Made by a program: the position numbers and the translations under genes. Positions 44,530 through 52,695 of a DNA stretch of 64,000 bases are shown in pieces. Origin of the DNA: an uncultured Gammaproteobacteria bacterium (GTDB lineage: Bacteria; Patescibacteriota; Microgenomatia; Daviesbacterales; UBA10151); contig CAZAZW010000002.1 of assembly GCA_964489875.1 (NCBI GenBank), positions 64,503-128,502 on the forward strand, in the 5' to 3' direction. The notes under the pieces are model-generated. The model saw only the letters and a program-made list of their open reading frames with translations. It was not told the DNA's origin and ran no database searches. Each line of letters starts with the position of its first letter. The first letter of the stretch is position 1.

Positions 44530-46053
44530 ATGGGTGCATTTGTGGAAACAAGAGCAAGAGAATCAATATTTAATTCAGTATCAGCGAAAGAACCGATTCA
44601 AGGAAGGGTTCTTGGTGTTGATTTGGATGATAGTGCTCTTTGGAGAGAAGTATTCACCCGTTATTTTGGGCATGCGAAGGATGTAATACTTAAACCGTTG
44701 CTCCCCAAGAAAACTCTTGAAGATATTCCAAAGTTAGATCACAGTCCCGTGGACCGTTCTATTAAAGGCCCAATGGAAATCGTATCAGCTTTTTTTCATT
44801 TCAGAAGGACTGCTATCCCGGGTGTTACAGAAAAAATTCGGGAGGTGATTATTAACAAAGCACCGGTATATGTAATTTCAGGTAGAAGAGCTACCAAGCC
44901 GTGGTTTGAGATGACAGAAGCCCAATTAATTCAGGAAAATATTCCCATTTCAAATAAAAATATTTATTTGACACCAAAGGGATCCTCGAGCCTGGAAAGT
45001 AAAGCTGATTGTATAAGAGAGTTGGGAATTACGGAAGTCATTGAGGACAACAAAAGAACTGCTCTTTATCTTGCGAAATTATTCCCGCATGTCAGGATTG
45101 ATTATATTGATCAAGGACTAGCCCATTTGAGTAAAAAAGACTTGGATGAGAATCCAAATATAACAGTAATTCCTATAGAAGAAGTCGCCAGAGCTAAGGA
45201 TGTACAGGAAAAAGAGTCTACAGTCAGGAATTCAAAGTATAGAGAGTATACCAATTTTTCTGATGGGGCAGTAGAATTGCTTCATAAGAATTTTCCTTGG
45301 CTAAAAGCCTGGCATCTTACAGCTTTAGGAGTAGGATTTTCAATTTTAGGTATAGAATTGGCTGAACATCAAAATAGAACCGGAAAACACTCAGTTAGGA
45401 CTACCGTTTTGGCGTTTCTTTCTTCGTTTCTAGGAGCCGCTCTTGATGTGGGTGACGGAAAAAAAGCAAGGCTGGAAAGAAGCGAAATGACTGATCAAAA
45501 GGCAATCGAAGAAGACGAAGAGCGCGGTGGGGCAATAGATGCGGCAGGTGATGGTGTTGTAGAGGGTTGGCAGGCAGGATCCGCTGCTTATACCGCAGCA
45601 AAAAACGGTGATCGCCTTGGTGTAAAGTTAGCATTGTTTAGGTTAGCCATGACGAATTTACCCAGAGCTACAAAAGCCTTTGTAGGCTGTTTTGGTTTTA
45701 AGGTACCGGAAACCTATCGTATAACAGATGTTCTGCATGGTGATATAAGATTCTTTGGTACAAGTTTGGGCAGAAAAATCCCCAACTATCTTGCTACATT
45801 ATTTAATAAGCCCAAAGGCTTACCTGTTCAAACAGTGACAGATATTATTGCCCCAACAGCAAGTGCCATAGTTACAGCAAAAAGATTAAGCGCTCTTATA
45901 ACTCCTGAGGGAGAAAGAGAACTAAGCACTAAAGAGATGAGGCATGCACGAGCAAGAGTTTTTGTATTGGGTGGTGAGGCTCTACTTTTTGGAGGAACTG
46001 CCTTTCTTTTGGGTAAACACTTACTTGGACAAATAGATAAAAATAAAAAATGA
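44530..46053 (+). CDS. Fusion protein: N-terminal HAD-like phosphatase domain plus C-terminal polytopic domain with a CDP-alcohol phosphatidyltransferase motif.
   Basis: HAD motifs 'VLGVDLDDSAL' (I), 'VYVISGRR' (II) and 'K...VIEDNKRT' (III/IV). The C-terminal half has ~6 hydrophobic segments with 'AALDVGDGKKAR' (= DxxDGxxAR) at the end of the second helix, then after an 18-aa acidic loop 'GGAIDAAGD' (= Gx3Dx3D). Confidence 0.5.
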   Translation: MGAFVETRARESIFNSVSAKEPIQGRVLGVDLDDSALWREVFTRYFGHAKDVILKPLLPKKTLEDIPKLDHSPVDRSIKGPMEIVSAFFHFRRTAIPGVTEKIREVIINKAPVYVISGRRATKPWFEMTEAQLIQENIPISNKNIYLTPKGSSSLESKADCIRELGITEVIEDNKRTALYLAKLFPHVRIDYIDQGLAHLSKKDLDENPNITVIPIEEVARAKDVQEKESTVRNSKYREYTNFSDGAVELLHKNFPWLKAWHLTALGVGFSILGIELAEHQNRTGKHSVRTTVLAFLSSFLGAALDVGDGKKARLERSEMTDQKAIEEDEERGGAIDAAGDGVVEGWQAGSAAYTAAKNGDRLGVKLALFRLAMTNLPRATKAFVGCFGFKVPETYRITDVLHGDIRFFGTSLGRKIPNYLATLFNKPKGLPVQTVTDIIAPTASAIVTAKRLSALITPEGERELSTKEMRHARARVFVLGGEALLFGGTAFLLGKHLLGQIDKNKK

Positions 46054-47012
46054 GAACTGAAGCAGTAAGGGAATTGAATTGGCAAGATTCGGAGTTGGGT
46101 TTAGTTAGACCTGACTCTTTTGCCACATATTATCCCCCGAATATAATAAATTTGCCACTTGAAAGAGCAATCAGAAGAATTGGTGGAGATAGTATTGAAC
46201 GGGCGCATGCCTATGGTTCCTTTGTTAGTGGTGATGCTACAAAAAGCAGCCTGATGGATGTTCTTCTAATTGTTAGGAACCCCTGGCGTTTTTACCAAGA
46301 AGCAGCTGCATGCAAAGATATAAAACTCGGGACTACCAACAATGCCGGATTTCATGCGATGTGGAGTTACGAAAAGGGTAGTTACTATTTAGCAACTTTG
46401 GATCTTGATGGTTACCGGCAGGAGGCAAAATTTGCAGTAATTAGCCACGGTGAATTGCTTAAACATACTAAAGGTGGTAGGCCTGATCCGGAAGGCAAAG
46501 GTATGTTATATCAGGCCGGTAGACTTCATAAAGTTGTCCTCCCTATTATTTTCGATGATACTACTCCTGAGGAGCGAAATGAAATAGACCATGCTATTAA
46601 TCGGGCCAGGATTGACGGGATGTGGTTGGCTTTAGGGTTAACTCCCCGTTATTTTGATTTTGACCAACTTGCTGGAATTTATGTGAATTTAAGCTACGCT
46701 GCTGACAAAAGAGTCGAAAAAGCTAATAAGTCGCAAACTTTGCTTACTAAAAGTTATGATGACTACTGCAAGATGTTTGATCCAATGCTGCGCTGTTTTG
46801 AAGAGGCAGAGATAATAAGATTATTACCTGGAGAATCGGGAGTTTATGAAAAACTAATGTCTTTACCTGAAGATGCCGTTAGAGAATGGTTAAAGAAATC
46901 AGCTTCATATGCTTTTAAAGTCAATTTTACCCAAAACGTTTGGACCATGGGACCCCTTAATGGAGTATTATATGGTCTGGCAAAAGTTAAAAGGGCAAAG
47001 GGTTGGAGCTAA
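46050..47012 (+). CDS. Tam41/MMP37-like nucleotidyltransferase (putative phosphatidate cytidylyltransferase).
   Basis: 'AYGSFVSGDATKSSLMDVLLIVRNPWRFYQE' and 'YQAGRLHKVVLPI' resemble the Tam41 'GYGSGVF...IDhIhGV..P..FH..N..QNP' and 'YLAGRLQKPVKIL' regions (from memory). The start is translationally coupled (ATGA) to the upstream gene. Confidence 0.5.
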   Translation: MRTEAVRELNWQDSELGLVRPDSFATYYPPNIINLPLERAIRRIGGDSIERAHAYGSFVSGDATKSSLMDVLLIVRNPWRFYQEAAACKDIKLGTTNNAGFHAMWSYEKGSYYLATLDLDGYRQEAKFAVISHGELLKHTKGGRPDPEGKGMLYQAGRLHKVVLPIIFDDTTPEERNEIDHAINRARIDGMWLALGLTPRYFDFDQLAGIYVNLSYAADKRVEKANKSQTLLTKSYDDYCKMFDPMLRCFEEAEIIRLLPGESGVYEKLMSLPEDAVREWLKKSASYAFKVNFTQNVWTMGPLNGVLYGLAKVKRAKGWS

Positions 47013-47186
47013 AATCAGATATAAATAAAGGATTCTTTCTATTTGCTTTTAGGCATAGGAAATGTTATACTATTATTTAGTTGATTTAGAATTTTAAGCT
47101 ATAGATGATTTTTTCCTCTTAAGGACTAACTTTTCAAGTAGCTCCTTTAATTTTTAAATTTTAAAAATTCAAGTTTCTTTTTCAAT

Positions 47187-47226
47187 ATATTAAGTGTTCT
47201 TCTTCATCCTTTTTTAAATCGTGATG
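47187..47226 (+). promoter_or_regulatory. Stem-loop (12/13-bp arms) in the 5' leader of the DEAD-box helicase gene.
   Basis: gttcttcttcatc ... gatgaagaagatc, 25 nt upstream of the ATG, in an AT-rich leader. Confidence 0.4.
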
Positions 47227-47250
47227 AAGAAGATCCAATTTTAAAATAAT

Positions 47251-48507
47251 ATGTACAACGGTAGCAGATATCGAAAACGAACATCAATCCGCGGAAGCGG
47301 TTTCAATAGTAGATTCGGAAGACCACCTCAAAGAGGTGAGTTTAATAATTCCAGGGGTTTTTCAGGTAACAGAGGTAGGGGTCAAAGAAGAAGCCAGCTG
47401 GAAGGGGCGGATATTAACATGTTTATCAGGAAAGCTGAGCAAACTATTCCAGTAGACACGCAAACTACAGTACAAAACTTTGACAGTTTTAACCTGCATG
47501 AAATTTTACAGCAAAATATTTCCGCTCTTGGATACGAAATTCCCACCCCTGTCCAATCTCAATCAATAGGACCTATTTTAGAAGGCCGGGATGTTATTGG
47601 CTTGGCTTCTACCGGCACAGGCAAAACTGCCGCTTTTTTAATTCCCCTGATTCAAAAAATTTATCAGAGTAGAGATCAAAAAGCCTTAATTATTGTTCCG
47701 ACCAGGGAGCTGGCATTACAGATCAATCAGGAGTTTAGAGACTTAAGCCGGAATATGAACTTGTATTCGGCATTTATAATCGGCGGAACCAATATGCACA
47801 GACAGATCCAGGATTTAAGACGGAATCCTCATTTGGTCATTGCCACCCCGGGGCGTTTAAGAGACCTGATAGAGAGAAAAAACATATTTTTGGAGGATTA
47901 TTCTAATATTGTTTTGGACGAAGTGGATCTAATGGTCGATATTGGGTTTATTAATGATGTAAAATTTTTCGTTTCTTTAATGCCAAAGGCAAGACAATCC
48001 CTTTTCTTTTCAGCTACAATTTCACCTAAAATACAAGATATTCTGCGTTCTTTTGTAACTGATCCGATAACTGTTTCCGTCAAAAAACAAGATACTTCTG
48101 AAAATGTGAACCAGGATGTTATCAGGGTAGCAAGCTCTGATAAGAAAATAGACCAGCTTCACGATCTCCTGATCAAGGATGGCTTTGATAAAGTCCTGAT
48201 ATTCGGCAGGACAAAACACGGAATTGAAAAACTTAATAAGGAACTGGAATTTCGGGGTTTTAAAGTAGGAGCAATTCACGGCAATAAAAGACAGAGCCAA
48301 AGGCAGCGGGTGCTGGCGAGTTTTAAACAAAATCAAATACAGGTCCTTTTGGCCACAGATGTGGCTTCCCGGGGTTTAGACATAGATAATGTTACTCATG
48401 TTATCAACTACGATCTTCCTCAAACTTATGATGATTATATTCACAGAATAGGCAGGACAGGCAGGGCAGGAAAAACCGGTTTTGCCTTAACCTTCGTCAA
48501 CAATTAA
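47251..48507 (+). CDS. DEAD-box ATP-dependent RNA helicase with an N-terminal RG/RGG-rich extension.
   Basis: Q-motif, 'ASTGTGKT', 'DEVD' (DEAD variant), 'SAT' and 'HRIGRTGRAG'. The N-terminal 50 aa are rich in R/G/S/F/N. Confidence 0.9.
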   Translation: MYNGSRYRKRTSIRGSGFNSRFGRPPQRGEFNNSRGFSGNRGRGQRRSQLEGADINMFIRKAEQTIPVDTQTTVQNFDSFNLHEILQQNISALGYEIPTPVQSQSIGPILEGRDVIGLASTGTGKTAAFLIPLIQKIYQSRDQKALIIVPTRELALQINQEFRDLSRNMNLYSAFIIGGTNMHRQIQDLRRNPHLVIATPGRLRDLIERKNIFLEDYSNIVLDEVDLMVDIGFINDVKFFVSLMPKARQSLFFSATISPKIQDILRSFVTDPITVSVKKQDTSENVNQDVIRVASSDKKIDQLHDLLIKDGFDKVLIFGRTKHGIEKLNKELEFRGFKVGAIHGNKRQSQRQRVLASFKQNQIQVLLATDVASRGLDIDNVTHVINYDLPQTYDDYIHRIGRTGRAGKTGFALTFVNN

Positions 48508-48515
48508 CTCTTCGT

Positions 48516-48995
48516 TTGTGTTATACTAAGCCAGTGCAAACCCCCTCCTTCTATGCAAGCGGATTCCTTTATAGCCTTAAAACTCACCAAATTCTCTTAT
48601 TAAAACCCCAACAAACAGATAGCGCTGACTCTTTATGGTCCACTCTTGGAGGGGAAAGTGGTGAGGGGGAAGAAGCAGAAGCAGCTTTCCAAAGGATTGT
48701 AAACGAGTTATTGGATGTAAACCTTAAAACAAAAGATATTTATCCGGTCTATGATTATTTTCACGAGACGAAGGATAAAATCAATTATGTATTCTATGGT
48801 GAAGTGAAAAATCCCAAAAAATTTAATCATTTTAAAGAAAATATCTGTTCATGGGTGACTTTTCATGAGATACCAAAGCTCCCATTTACCACCCATTCTA
48901 AACAGGATGTGATAGTTGGGGAGCGGGTTATCAATGCCAAATGGCGGGATGATGAAGCCAGAAAATTAGAATCCTTTCCTGAAACTACACTTTAA
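48516..48995 (+). CDS. NUDIX-like hydrolase (degenerate Nudix box).
   Basis: 'GGESGEGEEAEAAFQRIVNELLDV' approximates Gx5Ex7REUxEExGU. Confidence 0.4.
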   Translation: MCYTKPVQTPSFYASGFLYSLKTHQILLLKPQQTDSADSLWSTLGGESGEGEEAEAAFQRIVNELLDVNLKTKDIYPVYDYFHETKDKINYVFYGEVKNPKKFNHFKENICSWVTFHEIPKLPFTTHSKQDVIVGERVINAKWRDDEARKLESFPETTL

Positions 48996-49068
48996 AAGAC
49001 CTAAGCTATGCTAAAATACTTCTGTGATAATTACAAAAGAGGTATTAAAATTTAGCTTCAAAATACGT

Positions 49069-49144
49069 TGGGGTGGCTGAGGGGAGTTGAACCCCCCACA
49101 TTCTGTTCCACAAACAGACGCTCTACCGCTGAGCTACAGCCACC
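49069..49144 (-). tRNA. tRNA-His (anticodon GTG) with genomically encoded G-1 and 3'-CCA.
   Basis: The reverse complement is G(-1)+GTGGCTG TA GCTC AGCGGTA GAGC G TCTGT-TTGTGGA-ACAGA ATGT GGGGG-TTCAACT-CCCCT CAGCCAC C CCA. Confidence 0.85.
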
Positions 49145-49184
49145 ACGAGTTTCTATTTTACCAGATTCAATGTTTTTAATCACT

Positions 49185-49206
49185 AAAAAACCCACCTTGC
49201 GGCGGG
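49185..49206 (-). terminator. Rho-independent terminator after the GH5-like gene.
   Basis: The minus-strand RNA forms cccgcc-gcaa-ggtggg followed by UUUUUU. Confidence 0.6.
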
Positions 49207-49344
49207 TCTCTTAGAGAACCTGTCAATTACCGGTCTTGCGACTGATGCAAACTTTTTGTCTTGCGACGGAAGTTTTTAACAGGTCTAATCAATTTACATC
49301 AGTTAATATACTCTGTCAACTAGGACAAACTGGATCAAAATAGG

Positions 49345-51120
49345 TCAATTTGAAAATGGCAGAAGTTGCCAGAGTTCATTTGGATGGAGGAGGGCAGATG
49401 CTATGTCCGGCTGGAGAACCCCGAAATCCAGAGCATTGACTCCGGCAGATACTTTTTGGTTTATAGTTTTGGGTTTGTAAAAAGGCCTTTCTAAAGAAAA
49501 CTCAAATGAATAATCCGGTAGCAAATATCTGGCCTCTATTTCAGGAGACACCCCTTCCGAATTTAGGGTTACGGCTTGGGCGCTTTCTCCGTTAACACCT
49601 CTAACTTTTAGGATATAACCCCCTGCTGAATCTTTTTTCCAACCCAGCTTACTCATAATTTTTAGAATCACCGGTGATTTAACTTCAGTTGTAAATTCAA
49701 CAGGTGTTGTATCAAATTGACGATCTCCTTCAAACAAATTAAGGGAAACTTGGTAAGTTCCGCCGAGGGGAGCTTTCAAATTTAAGTTGAAAGTATATTC
49801 CTCTCCCGGTTCAACTTTTTTATCTTTTGGTAATTTAAAAGCTAGAATGCCTAAATCTTGTCCTCCTTTAATGGGTTTTAGACTGATTTCTTCTTTATCA
49901 TTCCAAATTGATTGGCCGACATTTTTAAAAGATAAAGAAATGGTATAACTTTCTCCGGCAACTATGGAACTATAAATTTCTCCTTTTGTAAGTTCTGCTT
50001 TTACCTCCTGAATAGGTTTACCAATAATCTTTGGTATGCTTTGTATCACTTGATACACGGAATAATATTCAGGATATTGTGTTCCCAAAACCTGAGTACG
50101 GAGAAGTTTCTCAGTTTGTTTCTCACCGGTTATTCTCTTAAATGAAAAATGGTCAAAAGGGGCCTCCTGGTAGTTTAATAAAAAGGGAGTAATGGCAACT
50201 ATTTTGTTAGTATTCCAGGCATTTTCAAAAGCCTGCGAGTAATATTTGGCTACGGTTTCTTCAGCCGGTAACCTTGAATCGTACTTTAAGCCTTCCGCAT
50301 GTTTCCAACCTGTTTCTGTAATGAATACCGGCAAATCTTTTTTAAGACCTAAATTTCGCAGTTGTTGCAGCTCCCAAGCATAAGTTCTAACAGTGCCCCG
50401 GCCAACGTCATCCGGTGACCCGGCAAATGCCGGATTGGGGTAAGAGTGAGATACCCAACCATCCAGTTTTTCAAAAATTCCGGGGACAGCAGTATTCATC
50501 TCTTTCATAAATAACAGTTCGTCTTCATACCTGGGAGGTTGAGAAGGTGTTGAGGCGTCAAAGCCTCCGTTGAGTACAAAAAAGTCCCGATTTTTATTTT
50601 TAAGCGCTGTAATAGTCTTATCTAGAACTTCTGCGTAAGATTTTGCGTCAACTTTATTTCCCCATTCTGTACCATGATTAGGTTCGTTATAAATAGTAAC
50701 GTAACGGTTTTTAGTCGGCCAATTTAAAGAATCTAAAAAATCTGCCCAAGCTATCTCTTCACCTTCATAAGGCCTTTTCCAAAAATTACCATCAGGCTCT
50801 GTGGCTAATCTGACAAGGGGAATTAAGTGACGGCGACGTAGGTCATTAAAAAACTCCTGCCATTTTTCATGATTTCTGTCTTTGCTTTCAATTAAAACTG
50901 TAATATAGCCCCAGTCACCATTAGTATTGACAAGCGCTGCAGCCGGTGAGGATTCCTCCAGGGTAGCTTGGATAATATGGATCCCAAACTTGTTATTTGG
51001 TACTGCTAACGGATTAACTATGGCATAGGTGGGTGTTGAAAATAAAGCTGTTATAATCAGGAACAAAAAGAAAATCGCCCCTTGATATTTGGGTTTATTT
51101 CGGGTTATATTAAAAACCAT
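49345..51120 (-). CDS. Secreted GH-A-clan (GH5-like) glycoside hydrolase with C-terminal beta-sandwich (CARDB/Ig-like) domains.
   Basis: 'VTIYNEPNHG' (acid/base NEP) and 'VFITETGW' (nucleophile TExG). The signal peptide starts at an internal Met (51120). The ORF-track start 51255 lacks a signal. Confidence 0.65.
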   Translation of the reverse strand: MVFNITRNKPKYQGAIFFLFLIITALFSTPTYAIVNPLAVPNNKFGIHIIQATLEESSPAAALVNTNGDWGYITVLIESKDRNHEKWQEFFNDLRRRHLIPLVRLATEPDGNFWKRPYEGEEIAWADFLDSLNWPTKNRYVTIYNEPNHGTEWGNKVDAKSYAEVLDKTITALKNKNRDFFVLNGGFDASTPSQPPRYEDELLFMKEMNTAVPGIFEKLDGWVSHSYPNPAFAGSPDDVGRGTVRTYAWELQQLRNLGLKKDLPVFITETGWKHAEGLKYDSRLPAEETVAKYYSQAFENAWNTNKIVAITPFLLNYQEAPFDHFSFKRITGEKQTEKLLRTQVLGTQYPEYYSVYQVIQSIPKIIGKPIQEVKAELTKGEIYSSIVAGESYTISLSFKNVGQSIWNDKEEISLKPIKGGQDLGILAFKLPKDKKVEPGEEYTFNLNLKAPLGGTYQVSLNLFEGDRQFDTTPVEFTTEVKSPVILKIMSKLGWKKDSAGGYILKVRGVNGESAQAVTLNSEGVSPEIEARYLLPDYSFEFSLERPFYKPKTINQKVSAGVNALDFGVLQPDIASALLHPNELWQLLPFSN

Positions 51121-51432
51121 GTTAGAAATCATCGAACCTATTAATGTTTGGGTGTTTTTTGACAAAAACAGCATTATTCCTGATTCCTTTTTTTGGCGTG
51201 GCCGACAAATCAAAATAGAGAAAGTTAATCTAATCCATACCTCCAGAAATGGCAATACGCTATTTTATCATTTTTCCGTAACCTCTGGGGGGAATTTTTA
51301 CAAACTTCAATTTGATACTAGTAAGTTAAAGTGGACTTTAGAAGCCTTGGAGGAAGGATAAAAAATGAGAACTATTCTGCATGTTGACTTCAATAGTTTA
51401 GATCGCCGCAGGCGAGCGCAAGAATTGTACCT

Positions 51433-52695
51433 ATGAATAAAATTATTTTCCATATTGACTTCAATTCTTATTTTGCCACTGTTGAACAACAGGCAAATCC
51501 CAGACTTCGTGGTAAGCCAATTGGTGTAACCGGAGGGGACCGGATGAAACGGACTGTTTTAGGCGCAGCTTCAATAGAAGCCAAGAAATTTGGGGTCAAA
51601 ACCGGGATGCAAATTTGGGAAGCTAAAAAGCTTTGCCCTCAAATTATTCTGGTGCCGGGGGACTCTGATAAGTATTTGGAGGTAACTAAACGATTTTTGA
51701 ATATCCTAAAAGACTACAGCCCATATCTGGAAGTGTTTTCAATAGATGAAGCATTTCTCCAGTATACCGGTAAATCCGTGGATCAGCGTATCAGTATTGC
51801 CTTGGAGATCAAAAGCCGGATTCGGTACGAGGTGGGTGAGTGGATAACCTGTTCTATTGGTATTTCTTATAATAAGTTAATTGCTAAGCTAGCTGGATCG
51901 CTGCAGAAACCTGATGGTTTAGTAGTAATTCAAAATCAAGAAGAAGCAATCAAAATTCTTGATCAGATCGAACTGGATGAAATTTGCGGAATCGGGCCCA
52001 GAATTAAAAAGAGGTTAAATAATACGGGAATTTTTAATTTTTATCAGCTAAGACAGGTGCCCTTAAAAAGTTTATTAGCTTCTTTTAAAAGTTACGGACA
52101 GATTCTGTATAACATGGCCAGGGGTATTGATAATTCACCGATTGTGCCTTTCTACGAAAAAGGAGAGGTCAAAAGCATAGGACACAGACATACAATAAAT
52201 CATGATACTGCCGACCGGGAAGAAATAAAACAACTCCTTTTGAAGCTTTCCGAAATGGTGGCCAGGAGGCTACGAGCTAAAAACCTAGTAGGAAAAACTA
52301 TCCATTGCTGGTATCGTTCAGCTTTCCACCCCCGGGGTGTAATCGCATCTTTTCACCCTGGGGGTGTGTTCGATGGCGATGGCATGCAAACTACAATTTT
52401 ATTTACAGATGATGGATTGGATATTTTTAAAGCTGCCTGGAAAATTTTCCAAAGCATCTGGGATGGCGGGAAGATTAGAATGATTGGCGTATCCGTTTCC
52501 AATCTAAAGCCACAAACCCCACAGAATTTAAGTTTTCTGCCTGAAGTTAGAAGAAAAGAAATTATCACCCGGGCTTTAGATAAAATTAATGATAAATACG
52601 GTGAGTTTACCCTGCAGCGTGGGGTTTTGCTTACTTCGGCTAAAATCCGCCGCAAGCCCAACCCGTTTCTCTCAGACAGACGTTTCAAATTGTGA
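51433..52695 (+). CDS. dinB: DNA polymerase IV (DinB, Y-family).
   Basis: 'IFHIDFNSYFATVEQ', 'SIDEAFL' and the little-finger domain, with a ~60-aa insertion containing 'FHPRGV..FHPGGV'. Confidence 0.9.
   Translation: MNKIIFHIDFNSYFATVEQQANPRLRGKPIGVTGGDRMKRTVLGAASIEAKKFGVKTGMQIWEAKKLCPQIILVPGDSDKYLEVTKRFLNILKDYSPYLEVFSIDEAFLQYTGKSVDQRISIALEIKSRIRYEVGEWITCSIGISYNKLIAKLAGSLQKPDGLVVIQNQEEAIKILDQIELDEICGIGPRIKKRLNNTGIFNFYQLRQVPLKSLLASFKSYGQILYNMARGIDNSPIVPFYEKGEVKSIGHRHTINHDTADREEIKQLLLKLSEMVARRLRAKNLVGKTIHCWYRSAFHPRGVIASFHPGGVFDGDGMQTTILFTDDGLDIFKAAWKIFQSIWDGGKIRMIGVSVSNLKPQTPQNLSFLPEVRRKEIITRALDKINDKYGEFTLQRGVLLTSAKIRRKPNPFLSDRRFKL

Noticed and set aside
51089-51361. 90-aa + strand ORF.
   Set aside because: It overlaps the N-terminal signal-peptide region of the GH5-like gene on the opposite strand. 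No motifs.
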